Part shown: positions 11,230 through 22,147 of the stretch, in pieces
How the letters are laid out: each line of letters begins with the position of its first letter
Numbering within the stretch: position 1 is the stretch's first letter
Assembly (NCBI GenBank): GCA_020184695.1
Contig: JAANOX010000207.1
Coordinates: 62,001 to 126,000 of the forward strand
Reading direction: 5' to 3'
Length of the DNA stretch: 64,000 nucleotides
Source of the DNA: Histomonas meleagridis 2922-C6/04-290x
Lineage: Eukaryota > Protista > Parabasalia
Translations under genes and position numbers: made by a program
Notes under the pieces: model-generated
Told to the model about the DNA's origin: nothing
The model's input: the letters and a program-made list of their open reading frames with translations, nothing else
The model's database searches: none

Positions 11230-11470
11230 TCATTTTTTTGATAATAATATAGATAATAATTATTCTAATTATAATAGTTTAATAATTATTGGTACCAATA
11301 TTTTTATAAGGTTCATTATCGAAATTAATTTCTTCCCAATCATTTTGCATCTTTCTTAATGTTGTTTCAATTGAAAGAATATTCTTTTGAGACTACTTTC
11401 AATAATTATTACGTCAATTTTCTCTTCAAGATTATTTTACTCAGTAAATAATGTTTTCCATCATACGTTT
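11230..11470 (-). pseudogene. possible dynein heavy chain fragment
   Basis: Broken frame reading SIETTLRKMQNDWEEINFDNEPYKNIGT resembles the dynein DHC_N2 linker pattern IE..L..M...W....F...PYK..GT; recognised by eye only. Confidence 0.45.
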
Positions 11471-12096
11471 TGTATAGTCAGCTAACTTCAATAAAACCAA
11501 AGAATCATCGAAATTCTGTATTAAGTTCATCATTTGTTGAATCTGCTGGATAAGGGTACCATATTGAATCTAGTGTTTGTGCATAGGAAAAGACATCATG
11601 ATGTTTAAAAACATTGGGTTTTGTGATATGAATCAATGTAGGTTTATTTTTGTAACACTTACAGTTGGTTAGAGAAGTTAAATTTTCCTCAACCTTCATC
11701 TCCAGCATATGCTTTGAACACAACATTATATTCTTCATTTTATATCGTTAATGTGATATCAACTTGGAAAAGCGCACAGACAGAAAGATATTGAAAATGG
11801 ATTAAAGATTATAATAGAAAAAAATTTTAGTCAAGATTCAATCAGATTAAAAAAAAAATTAAGAAACTGAACATTGGATGAAGAAAACATAGTTTCTAAT
11901 GATAGGAATAGTTAAAAATTGTTAAAAAAATGTACTGATTAAATGTCCTGGAAAAGCATAAATATCTTTAAAAAACTTATCAGAAATCTTTCTTACTCAT
12001 TTACAATTACTGGGTATGTTTCATTAGAAATTTCCCAATTATAAACGTTTTTCGGTGAAAAGATTTTTTGAATAATGTACGTTAAGGAGTAAATTT

Positions 12097-13593
12097 ATGG
12101 AAGAATCAGAAATTCCTACAGTAATTATTAAAAATATACCAAATAAACTTCCTATTATGTATATGCGAAAAGAAGAACTCGGTCATGGTGGATTTGCCAA
12201 AGTTTTCAGAGCTACAAATGTTGATACAAAAAAAGATTATGCAATAAAAATTACATCAAAACATCGATTAATAAAGCCAAAGACAATGCAAAAACATAAA
12301 ACAGAGGTTGAAATTCAAATGTCATTAGATCATCCAAATATTGTGAAAGCATATGATTTTTTTGAAGATTCCCATTTTACTTATCTTGTTTTAGAGCTTT
12401 GTGAAAATGGATCTTTAAAAAACATTCTTTCTACAAAACATAGATTAAGTGAAGCAGAGACATCAAATTTTTTAAAAGACATCATTCAAGGAGTAATGTA
12501 TTTACATTCAAATCGTATCATTCATCGAGATCTTAAGCTTGAAAACTTTTTACTTGATAAAGATATGAAGGTAAAAATTGCAGACTTTGGATTAAGTGCA
12601 AAACTAACATATGATGATGAAAAGAAGTTTACTATTTGTGGAACGCCGAATTATTTAAGCCCAGAACTTCTTGAATCAAAGAATGGTGTTAGTTATGAAG
12701 TTGATATATGGGCAATAGGTGTATCAACATATTTAATGTTAACAGGCAAATTGCCATTTTATTCGAAACATATAAAAGAAACATATAATCATATTAAAAA
12801 ATGTGAATATACATTTCCAAATGATATTTATATCTCTAATAATGCTAAAAAATTCATTACTGACATATTACAAATTAAACCAGAAATTCGTCCTACTGCA
12901 TATGAATTACTTGATTATCCATTTATAACACAAAAACAAACGAAAATTAAAAAAAGTCTTTCTAATATATCAAATAATTCTATTCAAAGAGAAAACAAAA
13001 TTGCAACAAAAAATTCAATAATTTCTATTCCAACATATTTTGTTTCCAGATTTTGTGATCATTCTGATAAATATGGAATTATATATCTTTTGATAAATGG
13101 TTGTATTGGTGCTATATTTAATGATTGTTCAAGAATGATAATGGATCCAAATGAAACATTTGTTCAATATTATCAAACTTATCTTAATCAAATCCCAATC
13201 GTTTATGAAACAAACGATAAAAAATGTCCAGAAGAAAATAAAATTAAAATTCTTAAAAAATGTGCTGTTGCTATGAAATCAAAGAAAACAATGTTTGAAA
13301 ATCCAAAAACTCCTTTTAATCAAAATGAACCAATGCCTCATGTAAAATATTGGATCAGAGATAACTCAGCTATTTTGTTTAGAATGGATGGAAGAGATAT
13401 TCAAGTAAATTTTAATGATAGAAAAAAATTAATTATTTTTTGGAAAACAAAACAAGTTATTTCTTTCTCATCCATTCATGATGTAGGAAAACTTATACCT
13501 TTCAAATCAATTGCATTAAGTAATGAAAATGATGATGTGAGAAAGCGTTTCTTACAAGCAAAACAACTTCTACATATTTTATCAAATTCTTGA
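12097..13593 (+). CDS. PLK: polo-like kinase
   Basis: Kinase domain (LGHGGFA, HRDLKLEN, DFGLS, CGTPNY) plus two C-terminal polo boxes (DHSDKYGIIYLL..AIFND and WIR..AILFRM..IQVNF.D..KLI). Confidence 0.93.
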   Translation: MEESEIPTVIIKNIPNKLPIMYMRKEELGHGGFAKVFRATNVDTKKDYAIKITSKHRLIKPKTMQKHKTEVEIQMSLDHPNIVKAYDFFEDSHFTYLVLELCENGSLKNILSTKHRLSEAETSNFLKDIIQGVMYLHSNRIIHRDLKLENFLLDKDMKVKIADFGLSAKLTYDDEKKFTICGTPNYLSPELLESKNGVSYEVDIWAIGVSTYLMLTGKLPFYSKHIKETYNHIKKCEYTFPNDIYISNNAKKFITDILQIKPEIRPTAYELLDYPFITQKQTKIKKSLSNISNNSIQRENKIATKNSIISIPTYFVSRFCDHSDKYGIIYLLINGCIGAIFNDCSRMIMDPNETFVQYYQTYLNQIPIVYETNDKKCPEENKIKILKKCAVAMKSKKTMFENPKTPFNQNEPMPHVKYWIRDNSAILFRMDGRDIQVNFNDRKKLIIFWKTKQVISFSSIHDVGKLIPFKSIALSNENDDVRKRFLQAKQLLHILSNS

Positions 13594-13601
13594 TTGAATT
13601 C

Positions 13602-13654
13602 GACCGTTTATTTTTGTAATGTATACAAAAGTGAATGCCATTTTTCGACCGTTA
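13602..13654 (+). promoter_or_regulatory. two M3-like (Myb-type) core promoter motifs
   Basis: GACCGTTT (13602-13609) and GACCGTTA (13647-13654) fit the trichomonad M3 consensus [AGT][AG]C[GC]G[TC]T[TAG]. The second lies 8 nt before the ATG at 13663. Confidence 0.5.
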
Positions 13655-13662
13655 AAAAGCAA

Positions 13663-14721
13663 ATGGTAGAAAATCAGCAAGCACAATCAGGCAAATCAAA
13701 GAAAGTGGTAATCGCACTGATTTCACTTTCTGTACTAGCCATTGTTATTTGGTTTGTGTTCTTTAGAAAAACATTTGTCCGATATTCTGGACCTCTTCCT
13801 TATATCATGCCATCTTCACTTGGATCAGAAATAGAAACTTACATTAACACTCAACCATCACGCCACGTCTATCTGCTTTCAGGCCCAGCACAAACAGGTA
13901 AAACATCTGCCATTAAAAACTTAACACTCAAATACAGAGCAAATGGAACTCTTGTGATTGCACTTGATTTTTCAACTGCTGAAACTGAAAATGATATTTA
14001 CGGTCTTATTCGTATGGGCATTATTGATTCCTTTAGGTCCTATAACGAATCATTATTAGGATCAAATCTTTACAATAACCTCACAAGAATTTCAGCAAAA
14101 AGGATGTCAACTGTTGACCGCTTCTTTGATACCATTGAGCAAATTAACTTTACCAAAAAACCAATAATTTTCATTAATTCTTTAAATAAATTCCGCGATC
14201 TTTGTCCGCACCACTTCAAAGCAGTTGCCGATAGGCTCTCGCGTCGTTCTATATACCATGATACAGTTCCAATAATTGCTGATGTTGGAGATACATTACT
14301 TCACATGGAAAACATTCCTGACTTTTACCGCGAAATCGAAATTAATGAGTTTGATTCTAACCAAGTCCAAGAGCTTATTAACTTGAAAGCGTTCACATCC
14401 TCTGAACTTAAGAAAATCAAATCTCAGATTTCTCTTCAAGGCGGTCCAATCGATTCAATTTTCGAGAGGCTCCGAATGGAAATCCCTTTTGATACAGCTG
14501 TCCAAGCCGAAGTCGACGAGATAAACTCCAAAGTCGACAAGATCAAAACGCCGAGTAAAGCATTGAATCGAATCTGCAATTCAAAGGAAAAAACGGTTTA
14601 CATCAACCAAAAAGACGTTAACGAGTTGATGGATCTTCTTAAGGAGGGAATCCTTTATATCAGAGAGGACTTACGCGTTAAGGTTGCGAATAATGCAGTT
14701 TTGCAATCTCTTTGCAACTGA
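13663..14721 (+). CDS. N-terminally anchored P-loop NTPase
   Basis: First ATG at 13663 within the 13594 ORF; TM segment VVIALISLSVLAIVIWFVFF; Walker A LLSGPAQTGKTS; a possible Walker B-like IIFIN with atypical residues. Confidence 0.75.
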   Translation: MVENQQAQSGKSKKVVIALISLSVLAIVIWFVFFRKTFVRYSGPLPYIMPSSLGSEIETYINTQPSRHVYLLSGPAQTGKTSAIKNLTLKYRANGTLVIALDFSTAETENDIYGLIRMGIIDSFRSYNESLLGSNLYNNLTRISAKRMSTVDRFFDTIEQINFTKKPIIFINSLNKFRDLCPHHFKAVADRLSRRSIYHDTVPIIADVGDTLLHMENIPDFYREIEINEFDSNQVQELINLKAFTSSELKKIKSQISLQGGPIDSIFERLRMEIPFDTAVQAEVDEINSKVDKIKTPSKALNRICNSKEKTVYINQKDVNELMDLLKEGILYIREDLRVKVANNAVLQSLCN

Positions 14722-15090
14722 ATTGAAACTGTTTCTGTTCTCTAACATTAAAAAACATTTTAATAAAAAGCATCATTTTAAATAATAACAATTCAACACG
14801 AAATACAAAGTAATGAGAAAATGTTTAAGTAAATGATGTTTCATTTTAACTGAAATAAACTCATTAATATATAAATGTGCTTGGAATTCATATAAAAATA
14901 TTGCTTTCTAAAATTAACTGGTGTAATTGACATTTCAACCAAAACTTATCTAAATTTGGTTTTTGCGTATCCATTTCATGAGTTTATTCGATTTTTCCAT
15001 AATGTTTATCATTGATTTGAGAATCTGGTTTATCGTCATAGTCAAAGCGAAAAATTTTTATTACAAACTTTAAGTGAAAAATAAGGTTAG

Positions 15091-16250
15091 ATGGGAAATT
15101 TTCCTAATGGACGTCCATTAGAATATTGTACTGGATTATCAAGCGTTGATATATCAAATTCAGTATCTACAATAGAAGATTATACATTTCAATATTGTTA
15201 TTCTTTAAGAAATGTTAAAATTCCAAATTCTGTAACTTCAATTGGCTCAAGTTCATTTTTTGGTTGTCGTGAATTGCAATGTATTATAATTCCAGAATCT
15301 ATAACCACAATTAAATCTAGTGCCTTTGGTTCATGTAGTAAACTTCAATGCATTTATTACTTAGGTGAAAATGAGCCAGAAATGTTATTTGAATGTTTTG
15401 ACTATGTTCCTGCAACATGTGTTATGACATCATCACAATATAAAGGTGAAAAATTTGGTACTTTAAATTTTTCAAAAGGTATAATAATTGAAGAATGCCC
15501 TGAGATTACATTTCCAACACTCATTTTTACTGAATCAAACACATTTTCACAAAGTAATTCATACACTAAATCAAATTCATATACCAAATCAAGCATATTT
15601 ACAAAATCAAACACATTTTCACAAAGTAATTCATACACTAAATCAAATTCATATACCAAATCAAGCATATTTACAAAATCAAACACATTTTCACAAAGTA
15701 ATTCATTCACAAGATCAAATCCATTCTCCAATTCAAATACATTTTCACAAAGTAATTCATACACTAGGTCAAATACATTTTCGAATTATAATTCATTTTT
15801 AAGTTTCACACATTTTTTTATTTTATCATATATTTTATCATTCACAAAATCATTAATCATTAATAAATCGTATTTATCAAATACAATTTCTTTTGCAAAT
15901 ATAAATTCAATCTTTACATATATTGAAACATTTATTATATATTATGAATATACAGTTAATATTTACACTAAATATTTTACATATTATTCCGATTTTTATA
16001 TTCTTTTTAGTAGCAAAAGATAGCAAAGATGAAAAAAGCAATTATTATTTCACTCATTATAATTGGTGTCATCATTGTTATCTTTATTCATATTCTAAAA
16101 AATAAAAAAGGAAAATCTGAAGATACGAATAAATCCTCTGAACAAACAATAAAAGATAATGAAATTCTTATAGAATTTACCCAAAATATCATTGAAGAAG
16201 ATCCTTTTGCAAAAGATTTTGAAGAGGACAATTTTCATGTTCACATATAA
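15091..16250 (+). CDS. BspA-like (TpLRR) surface protein with S/T-rich stalk; TM and tail in a different frame (frameshifted, possible pseudogene)
   Basis: LRR5 motifs IPNSVTSIGSSSFFGC and IPESITTIKSSAFGSC. TAG at 16021-16023; the TM AIIISLIIIGVIIVIFIHIL and acidic tail follow in the 16029 frame. Confidence 0.75.
15532..15790 (+). repeat. 72-bp coding tandem repeat (SNTFSQSNSYTKSNSYTKSSIFTK)
   Basis: Units start at 15532, 15604 and 15676 (the third degenerate), built from 6-aa sub-repeats. Confidence 0.9.
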
Positions 16251-16559
16251 TTCAATTTTTAAAATTTTCCAATGATTTTTGATGAACAAGGACACGAAAA
16301 AATATCCATTAGTTATTACAAATGTTCTTTAATAAACATCTATTTCACCATTTAATAAATTTTATCTTTCTGTAAAACCTGAAGATGTTAGTAAAGTGTT
16401 CATTAGTTTCTCCTTACATAACGTAACAAATGCCAAATAAATTATTAAACATTTATATTTAACCAATAAAATATTGAATTTCATATTATAAAAACATTTT
16501 TTAATTTTTATTAAATTATTTTCACATAAAAACCATAAATTCATACACATTACATTAGT

Positions 16560-18476
16560 TCACACGTCATCTCCATCCAACACCATTAGCACGCTTCTAT
16601 ACGAGATCTCTTCCATCACGCTCCATTGGTCCATTTTAATTTTCGGCGGTGTGTTAGATCTAAATCTTGTTCTTTTCTTCTGTCTTTCGAATGTTCCACT
16701 TTCTATTTGTGGACACACATTTTTTATTGACTCAATTATACTATTATAAGTCGTTAATGCCTTTTTCGACAATTCGACTCGATTCGCATCGATTTCCATC
16801 TTAATCGAAATCGCTTCAGCCAAGTTACCGTTCTCCAAAGCCGATAGAAGTAATAACGACCAAAATTCTGACGACGGTTTTATATCGTATTCGCGAACAG
16901 CATCAAAGATGAAGATCATGTTCTCGTAGTAGCACTTGTTGAGCTGTGTTCGGAGAGCGAGCTCGATGCTGTTCTCACTAGGTGGAACCCCAAGTTTTAC
17001 ATAGTGATGAAAGGTGATCCATGCATAGTTATCTAATCCTTTCGTTAATAACACATTCATGAGTTCAAATAAGGTGGAACTTGGTGGTGGAGTATGACAA
17101 CTTTCAATCATTTGGGCCCATGGAATACGTCTAGCAGCTTCAAAGGGTAAGTTTATGATTAACAAGATCAAACAATCTGGTGATGGACGAAGATGCGATA
17201 TGATATCAATGTCAAGTTTGGTCTTAATGGATGAACGAATAATAAAATCTGATGCGCGGTGACCAATTTGAATTAAAGATTTACTTCGTAATTTAACATA
17301 GAAATTGATGAGCTCGGAATAATAACCTTTATCAAATAGAATTTGGAATAAGCGATCAACGTCAGAAGAAGTAAGGCGATTATCGCAGATTACTTTGTCA
17401 GTTATTGTAAATCCTAATTTTTGATCAGAACAAGATAATAAACATTGGATAGCATTTATCTTATGTGAGACAGGTACCAATGAGAAATCAGATGATATCT
17501 GAGAATATAAAGCTTTAACTTTTGCGATATTTCCAAATTGTGCATATGCATTAAACAAAGCTAATGTAATATTGTTTTTGATGTTAATGGAATGCTTACG
17601 GGAATATTCGTCAAGCCATTTAAGGATTTCAAATTCCCCAAATTCGCCCGAAAGTTCAGCGATACGTTTAAATGACTCAATGCCGATGTCATAACCGCTG
17701 CCGATAAAATTCAAAAGAAGTTTATGCGCAATCAAAAGACGCTTAAGCTTAACAAGCTCAACAATGCATTGAGTTGTTTGTTGTGCCGTTGGTGTTAACT
17801 TAGCGGCTTCAAAAATAGAACAGTAGATGTTGACATCTTCTTCATTCTCAAGAAAAGATGACGAATTTAATAATGAGAGTTGCGCAGTTTGTGAAAGATC
17901 TATGTTTAAGGATTTCATTTGCTTAACAATGTCAAGCATCTTCGGAAAACTTTTATGACGAGAATATCCTGATATTAATGTATTAAATGTAACAACATTT
18001 GGTTGGACATGCGATTGCTTCATGTCAAAAAGAATGTTGTCAATGAATTCTGTTTGACCATTTAAAAAGGCCGCATTTATAATGGCATTAAAAAAATGAG
18101 CATTTAAATCAATTTTTTCTTTTTTGACTTGGTCATAAAGAGAAATGGCCATGGAAAAATCGCCACATTTGCCACAGCCATCAATTAAACTTGTGTATGT
18201 AATGATTGTTGGATCAATATTTTGTTGTTTCATTATTTTGAATAATGAAAAAGCTTCTGATAGTTGCTGAGTTTTGACAAACAAATTAATCATTGTATTG
18301 TATGTAACAACATCTGGAGTAATGCGATTTTCTATCATTTTTTGAAATACTTGATATGCTTGATCATATTGTCTCTGTTTAGAAAGATATGCGATTTGCT
18401 GGTTAAAATGACATGCATCAGGAAGAGACATTGACCTTTCTCGATTCCGAGAAAAGGAGTTACTCATTGTGAGCAA
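16560..18476 (-). CDS. pentatricopeptide-repeat (PPR) protein
   Basis: Tandem 35-aa motifs PDVVTYNTMINLF, PTIITYTSLIDGCGKCG, AHFFNAIINAA and PNVVTFNTLISGY. Confidence 0.9.
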   Translation of the reverse strand: MLTMSNSFSRNRERSMSLPDACHFNQQIAYLSKQRQYDQAYQVFQKMIENRITPDVVTYNTMINLFVKTQQLSEAFSLFKIMKQQNIDPTIITYTSLIDGCGKCGDFSMAISLYDQVKKEKIDLNAHFFNAIINAAFLNGQTEFIDNILFDMKQSHVQPNVVTFNTLISGYSRHKSFPKMLDIVKQMKSLNIDLSQTAQLSLLNSSSFLENEEDVNIYCSIFEAAKLTPTAQQTTQCIVELVKLKRLLIAHKLLLNFIGSGYDIGIESFKRIAELSGEFGEFEILKWLDEYSRKHSINIKNNITLALFNAYAQFGNIAKVKALYSQISSDFSLVPVSHKINAIQCLLSCSDQKLGFTITDKVICDNRLTSSDVDRLFQILFDKGYYSELINFYVKLRSKSLIQIGHRASDFIIRSSIKTKLDIDIISHLRPSPDCLILLIINLPFEAARRIPWAQMIESCHTPPPSSTLFELMNVLLTKGLDNYAWITFHHYVKLGVPPSENSIELALRTQLNKCYYENMIFIFDAVREYDIKPSSEFWSLLLLSALENGNLAEAISIKMEIDANRVELSKKALTTYNSIIESIKNVCPQIESGTFERQKKRTRFRSNTPPKIKMDQWSVMEEISYRSVLMVLDGDDV

Positions 18477-19082
18477 AAATCAAAATTGTCATTTTCCATA
18501 ATTTTGAATTTGAATTTTTTTGAGGCAAAATAAAAAAGCCAAATAAAAAGGTCAGGAAATTTCTTGCAATGTATGAGGCTATATAATGAACAGCTTCAAA
18601 CTTTAAATATTAAATTCATCAGAATTTAATTGTTTCTATGTTATGTTTAATAATTTGAGATTTAATATATAATTTCATACAATTTTTTTCTTAATATATT
18701 TATTAACATGTCATTACTTGAGGAATATTTTGTTCTAACACATTTACAATGTTTCATTTTTCACAAAATTCAAGAAAAGACAAAAAATGAAAAAACATTG
18801 AGATGAGTCAAATTTAAACAAACAACTTTTTGAAAGAGAGTCTGTTGTAAAGTTTCATTTCGAGTTTTGAAAGGGCTCATAGAATTTCTGAATACTTTAC
18901 AATGATTCAATATTGTTTTTCCTACATACAAAGAGTTGGAATCTCAACTCTGTTCATTAAAATAAAAAAATGCTTAATATTAAAATTCCTTTTTGTTTGC
19001 AAAGTAATTTAACTATTTCTGAATAACAATTTGAAGATACTTTCAGTTTTAAGGTGATCTTCTGGGTGGGGTTGATGTTAAA

Positions 19083-21690
19083 TTATTTTCTTTTGTGATA
19101 CCAAAGAAAAGTACAAATTCCACAAAAAACACCCAAAAGAGCGAACTTTAAAAGCATATTATTTGGAGTTGTGTGCTCCTTCATACTTGAATCATTTAAA
19201 ATTGTTTGCTTTGCAAGGTTTAGTGTTTCTCTAAATAATTTAAATAATTTCCAAATATTATTTTGAAATATTAAAACACTTAAATAAATATGAAATAAAT
19301 TATACAAATATCTTTTACATTAAACTCAATTCCTTTTTGTTCAAGAAGTAATTTCGCTATATCTAAGTGATCATTTTCTATTGCATACATTAGTGCTGTT
19401 TTCAATAATTTCAATAATTTCCAAATATTATTTTAAAATATCAAATTATTAAAATGAATTCTAAATAAAATGAATACACATCTTTAGCATTAATATCAAT
19501 TCCTTCTTGTTCAAGAAGTAATTTAACTATTTCAATATTACCACAATAAGATGAATATATAAGAGATGTCCAAAATATTTTGATAATACTTCAAATATCA
19601 CATAGGAAATTGCAATTTTACAAATAAACACCAAAAATTATTTGAAAATATTGTCTTTCGCATTTATATCCACTCCTTTTGTATTAATTAAAATTTTCAC
19701 AATTTCCTTATTTGAACTTCTAGTTGCTATCATTAGTGGTGTAAAGAATAATTCAACTAAACATATTTTTTTCAGAACAAATATTAAATAATTAAAATAA
19801 ATCCCTCATAAAAAAAGCAAATATCTCGAGCATTAAGATTTATATCTTTTTGTTTAATAAGTAAGCAAACGATTTCTATGCAGTTATTTTGTGATGCCCA
19901 CATAAGTGGTGTTAAAAATGATTTAAATAAATTCCAAATTTTTCATTAAAATATCATAATATTAAAATAATCATTAATGTCAATAAACAAAAACCTTTTG
20001 CATTAACATCAATTTCATTTTGCTTAAGAATGTATTTAATAAGCTCAATGTTTTTAGATATTGTTGAATATACTAGAAGATCTTTTGGAATTGGATTTCC
20101 TTCAAGATAATACTTTACAAGGAATAAATTCCCTATTTTTGCTGAATAATTAATAACATATTTCGTTTTCATTCCTTCTTTTTCCAAAAATGATAAAATC
20201 TCGTAATTATGATATAATACACATATCTTTCCTAATTCTGATAAATATTTTATTTTATTAGCTTTGTTGGCATAAAAGTAATGAAAAATATCATTTCGAT
20301 GAAATTCAATTGCTATTTCATATGCATCTTCAAATGATGAATGATTTTGTTCACAGATATGAATTATCTCTAAGTGTCCACCTGCAATTGCATATTTTCC
20401 AGTGTTATTTATACCTGATTTGTTTAATAATAAATGTTTAAAACATTTAACTGATGAAAAAAATGCTGCATAATCAATTAATGTAACATCTTCTTTGTTA
20501 ATAAAAGAACATCTTTCATAAAGTGATGGTTCAATTTTTTGATTAAAATCAAAATCATTTTGTGATGATATTTCTTGAAGTTTTTCTATGTCATCATTTC
20601 GAATTATTCTCGCAATTTCATTTGGATTAACTCCTTCTTTAACATATTTCTTATGAAGTTCCAAATCATTCTTTGAAAGTATTTCATAATTTTGGGTTAT
20701 TTGCTCTTTGAAAGGAAGCTTTGATGTTAAAATTTCTTTTATTGTTTTCATGTGTGCAAAATTTAAACTTTTTTTATTTTTTATAGAATTTGTTTCGATT
20801 AATTCTTGTTCAATCATTTTTGCTAGAAGATAATCACTTTCTTTGGTATCTAATCCTAAAAGATATCTGGAAAAAACTTCAAACATTTTAATTTTATATT
20901 TTTGTTCGATTATATTCATAAATTGAAAGCAAATTTCATAATTATTTGAATGCGAAACACAATATGAATAAATTAACTGAGAAATAACCAATTTAAATGA
21001 ATATGGATATTTGTTATTAAATATTATATGAATATTCATAATAGATTCAACTGAATCAATAACATTATTTTCACTAATTTTAAAAATAATGTTTTGTAGT
21101 GTTTTAAGAAATTGAAATGAACATTTTTTGTTTCCATCATCACGTTTAACATGAATATGATTTCCAAAAGTTGATGGATTATTTATTTTTCCTTTTCTTA
21201 TGAGAATCATACGAGTAATTTTCATGAACATTTCTTTAACATTTACATCTGTTTTTGCTGATGTTTCAAAGTAAGGAATACCTAATTCTTTAGCTTTTTC
21301 ATCTGCTTCTTCTCTTGTTATTTTATGATCTAAATCACATTTATTGCCAACAAGAACAATATCAATAGGATATGAAATCGATTTTGTAATTAAATTCTTC
21401 CATTTTTTAATTTGATTAAAGGAACCCCTATTTATAAGATCGAAAATTATAATAACTCCTTTAATTTTTTCAAAGAAATAATTTGGAGCTTTTCTAAACT
21501 TAAAAAAATCACTACTCCAGATGAGTAATTTTACATTAATTTCATCGATTTTTCCATGATGAACCATAAAATCACCACCAATTACACGCTTTTTGGCAAA
21601 TATTCCTTTACAAAATCGATAAAGCATGCAACATTTCCCTACAGAAGATTCTCCAGCAACTAAAAGTCCAACGATTTCTTCTTTATCCAT
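19083..21690 (-). CDS. degenerate Rab-like GTPase + DUF3447-type domain + interrupted ankyrin repeats + C-terminal TM anchor
   Basis: ORF 21690-19954 has GESSVGK, GNKCD and ETSAK motifs and a DUF3447-like block. After five inserts (80, 80, 83, 80, 80 nt) come four intact ankyrin modules and a final segment ending LLKFALLGVFCGICTFLWYHKRK at 19083. Confidence 0.75.
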
Positions 21691-22133
21691 TTAATTTTAT
21701 AAGATCAACAATTAAAGATGTAAAAAAAGACTCCACACTTTTTGTACGTTAAAAACAGTTTATTTCTTATTGTTGTTTTATGAGATAGATATCTATTCGA
21801 TTTAATGAAATTTTTTTAACATTTCTATATGATCATACAAAAATTGTTTGGGACTTCTTATGAGGAATCAATATTTGTTTGGATTGGGTCATTAAAATTT
21901 TTTGTTTTCATAAAAAATTTTTTGCTTTTAAATTATCAAAACAACTTCCTTTTGCATTAACACGAAGTGAATTTGATTTTGTTGTGCAATTTGCATATAA
22001 ATTGTCTGATCTTATAATATTTTTAGAATTCTAATTTTCATACAATTTTTTAAACTGATTCTATTCTTTGAATACAATTGAATTTGTTAAAAACGATATA
22101 CCCACTTTTTAAAATGTTTAAACTTCATTGATT

Positions 22134-22139
22134 TCACTT
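22134..22139 (+). promoter_or_regulatory. initiator (Inr) element
   Basis: TCACTT 8 nt upstream of the ATG at 22148 matches the trichomonad Inr TCA+1YTW. Confidence 0.5.
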
Positions 22140-22147
22140 TTTGGTCA

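Noticed and set aside
19230-19992. Conventional GT-AG spliceosomal introns as the explanation for the 80-nt inserts
   Set aside because: Most inserts have no GT at a usable position, TPL/TSL/TLL junctions lack the AG, and there is no ACTAAC branch motif.
19913-19992. A single -1 ribosomal frameshift or stop-codon reassignment
   Set aside because: This insert has TGA in the incoming frame before TAA-TGA in the outgoing frame, and the 83-nt insert is similarly blocked. Ordinary genes here end in TAA, TAG and TGA, and recoding would not fix the phase.
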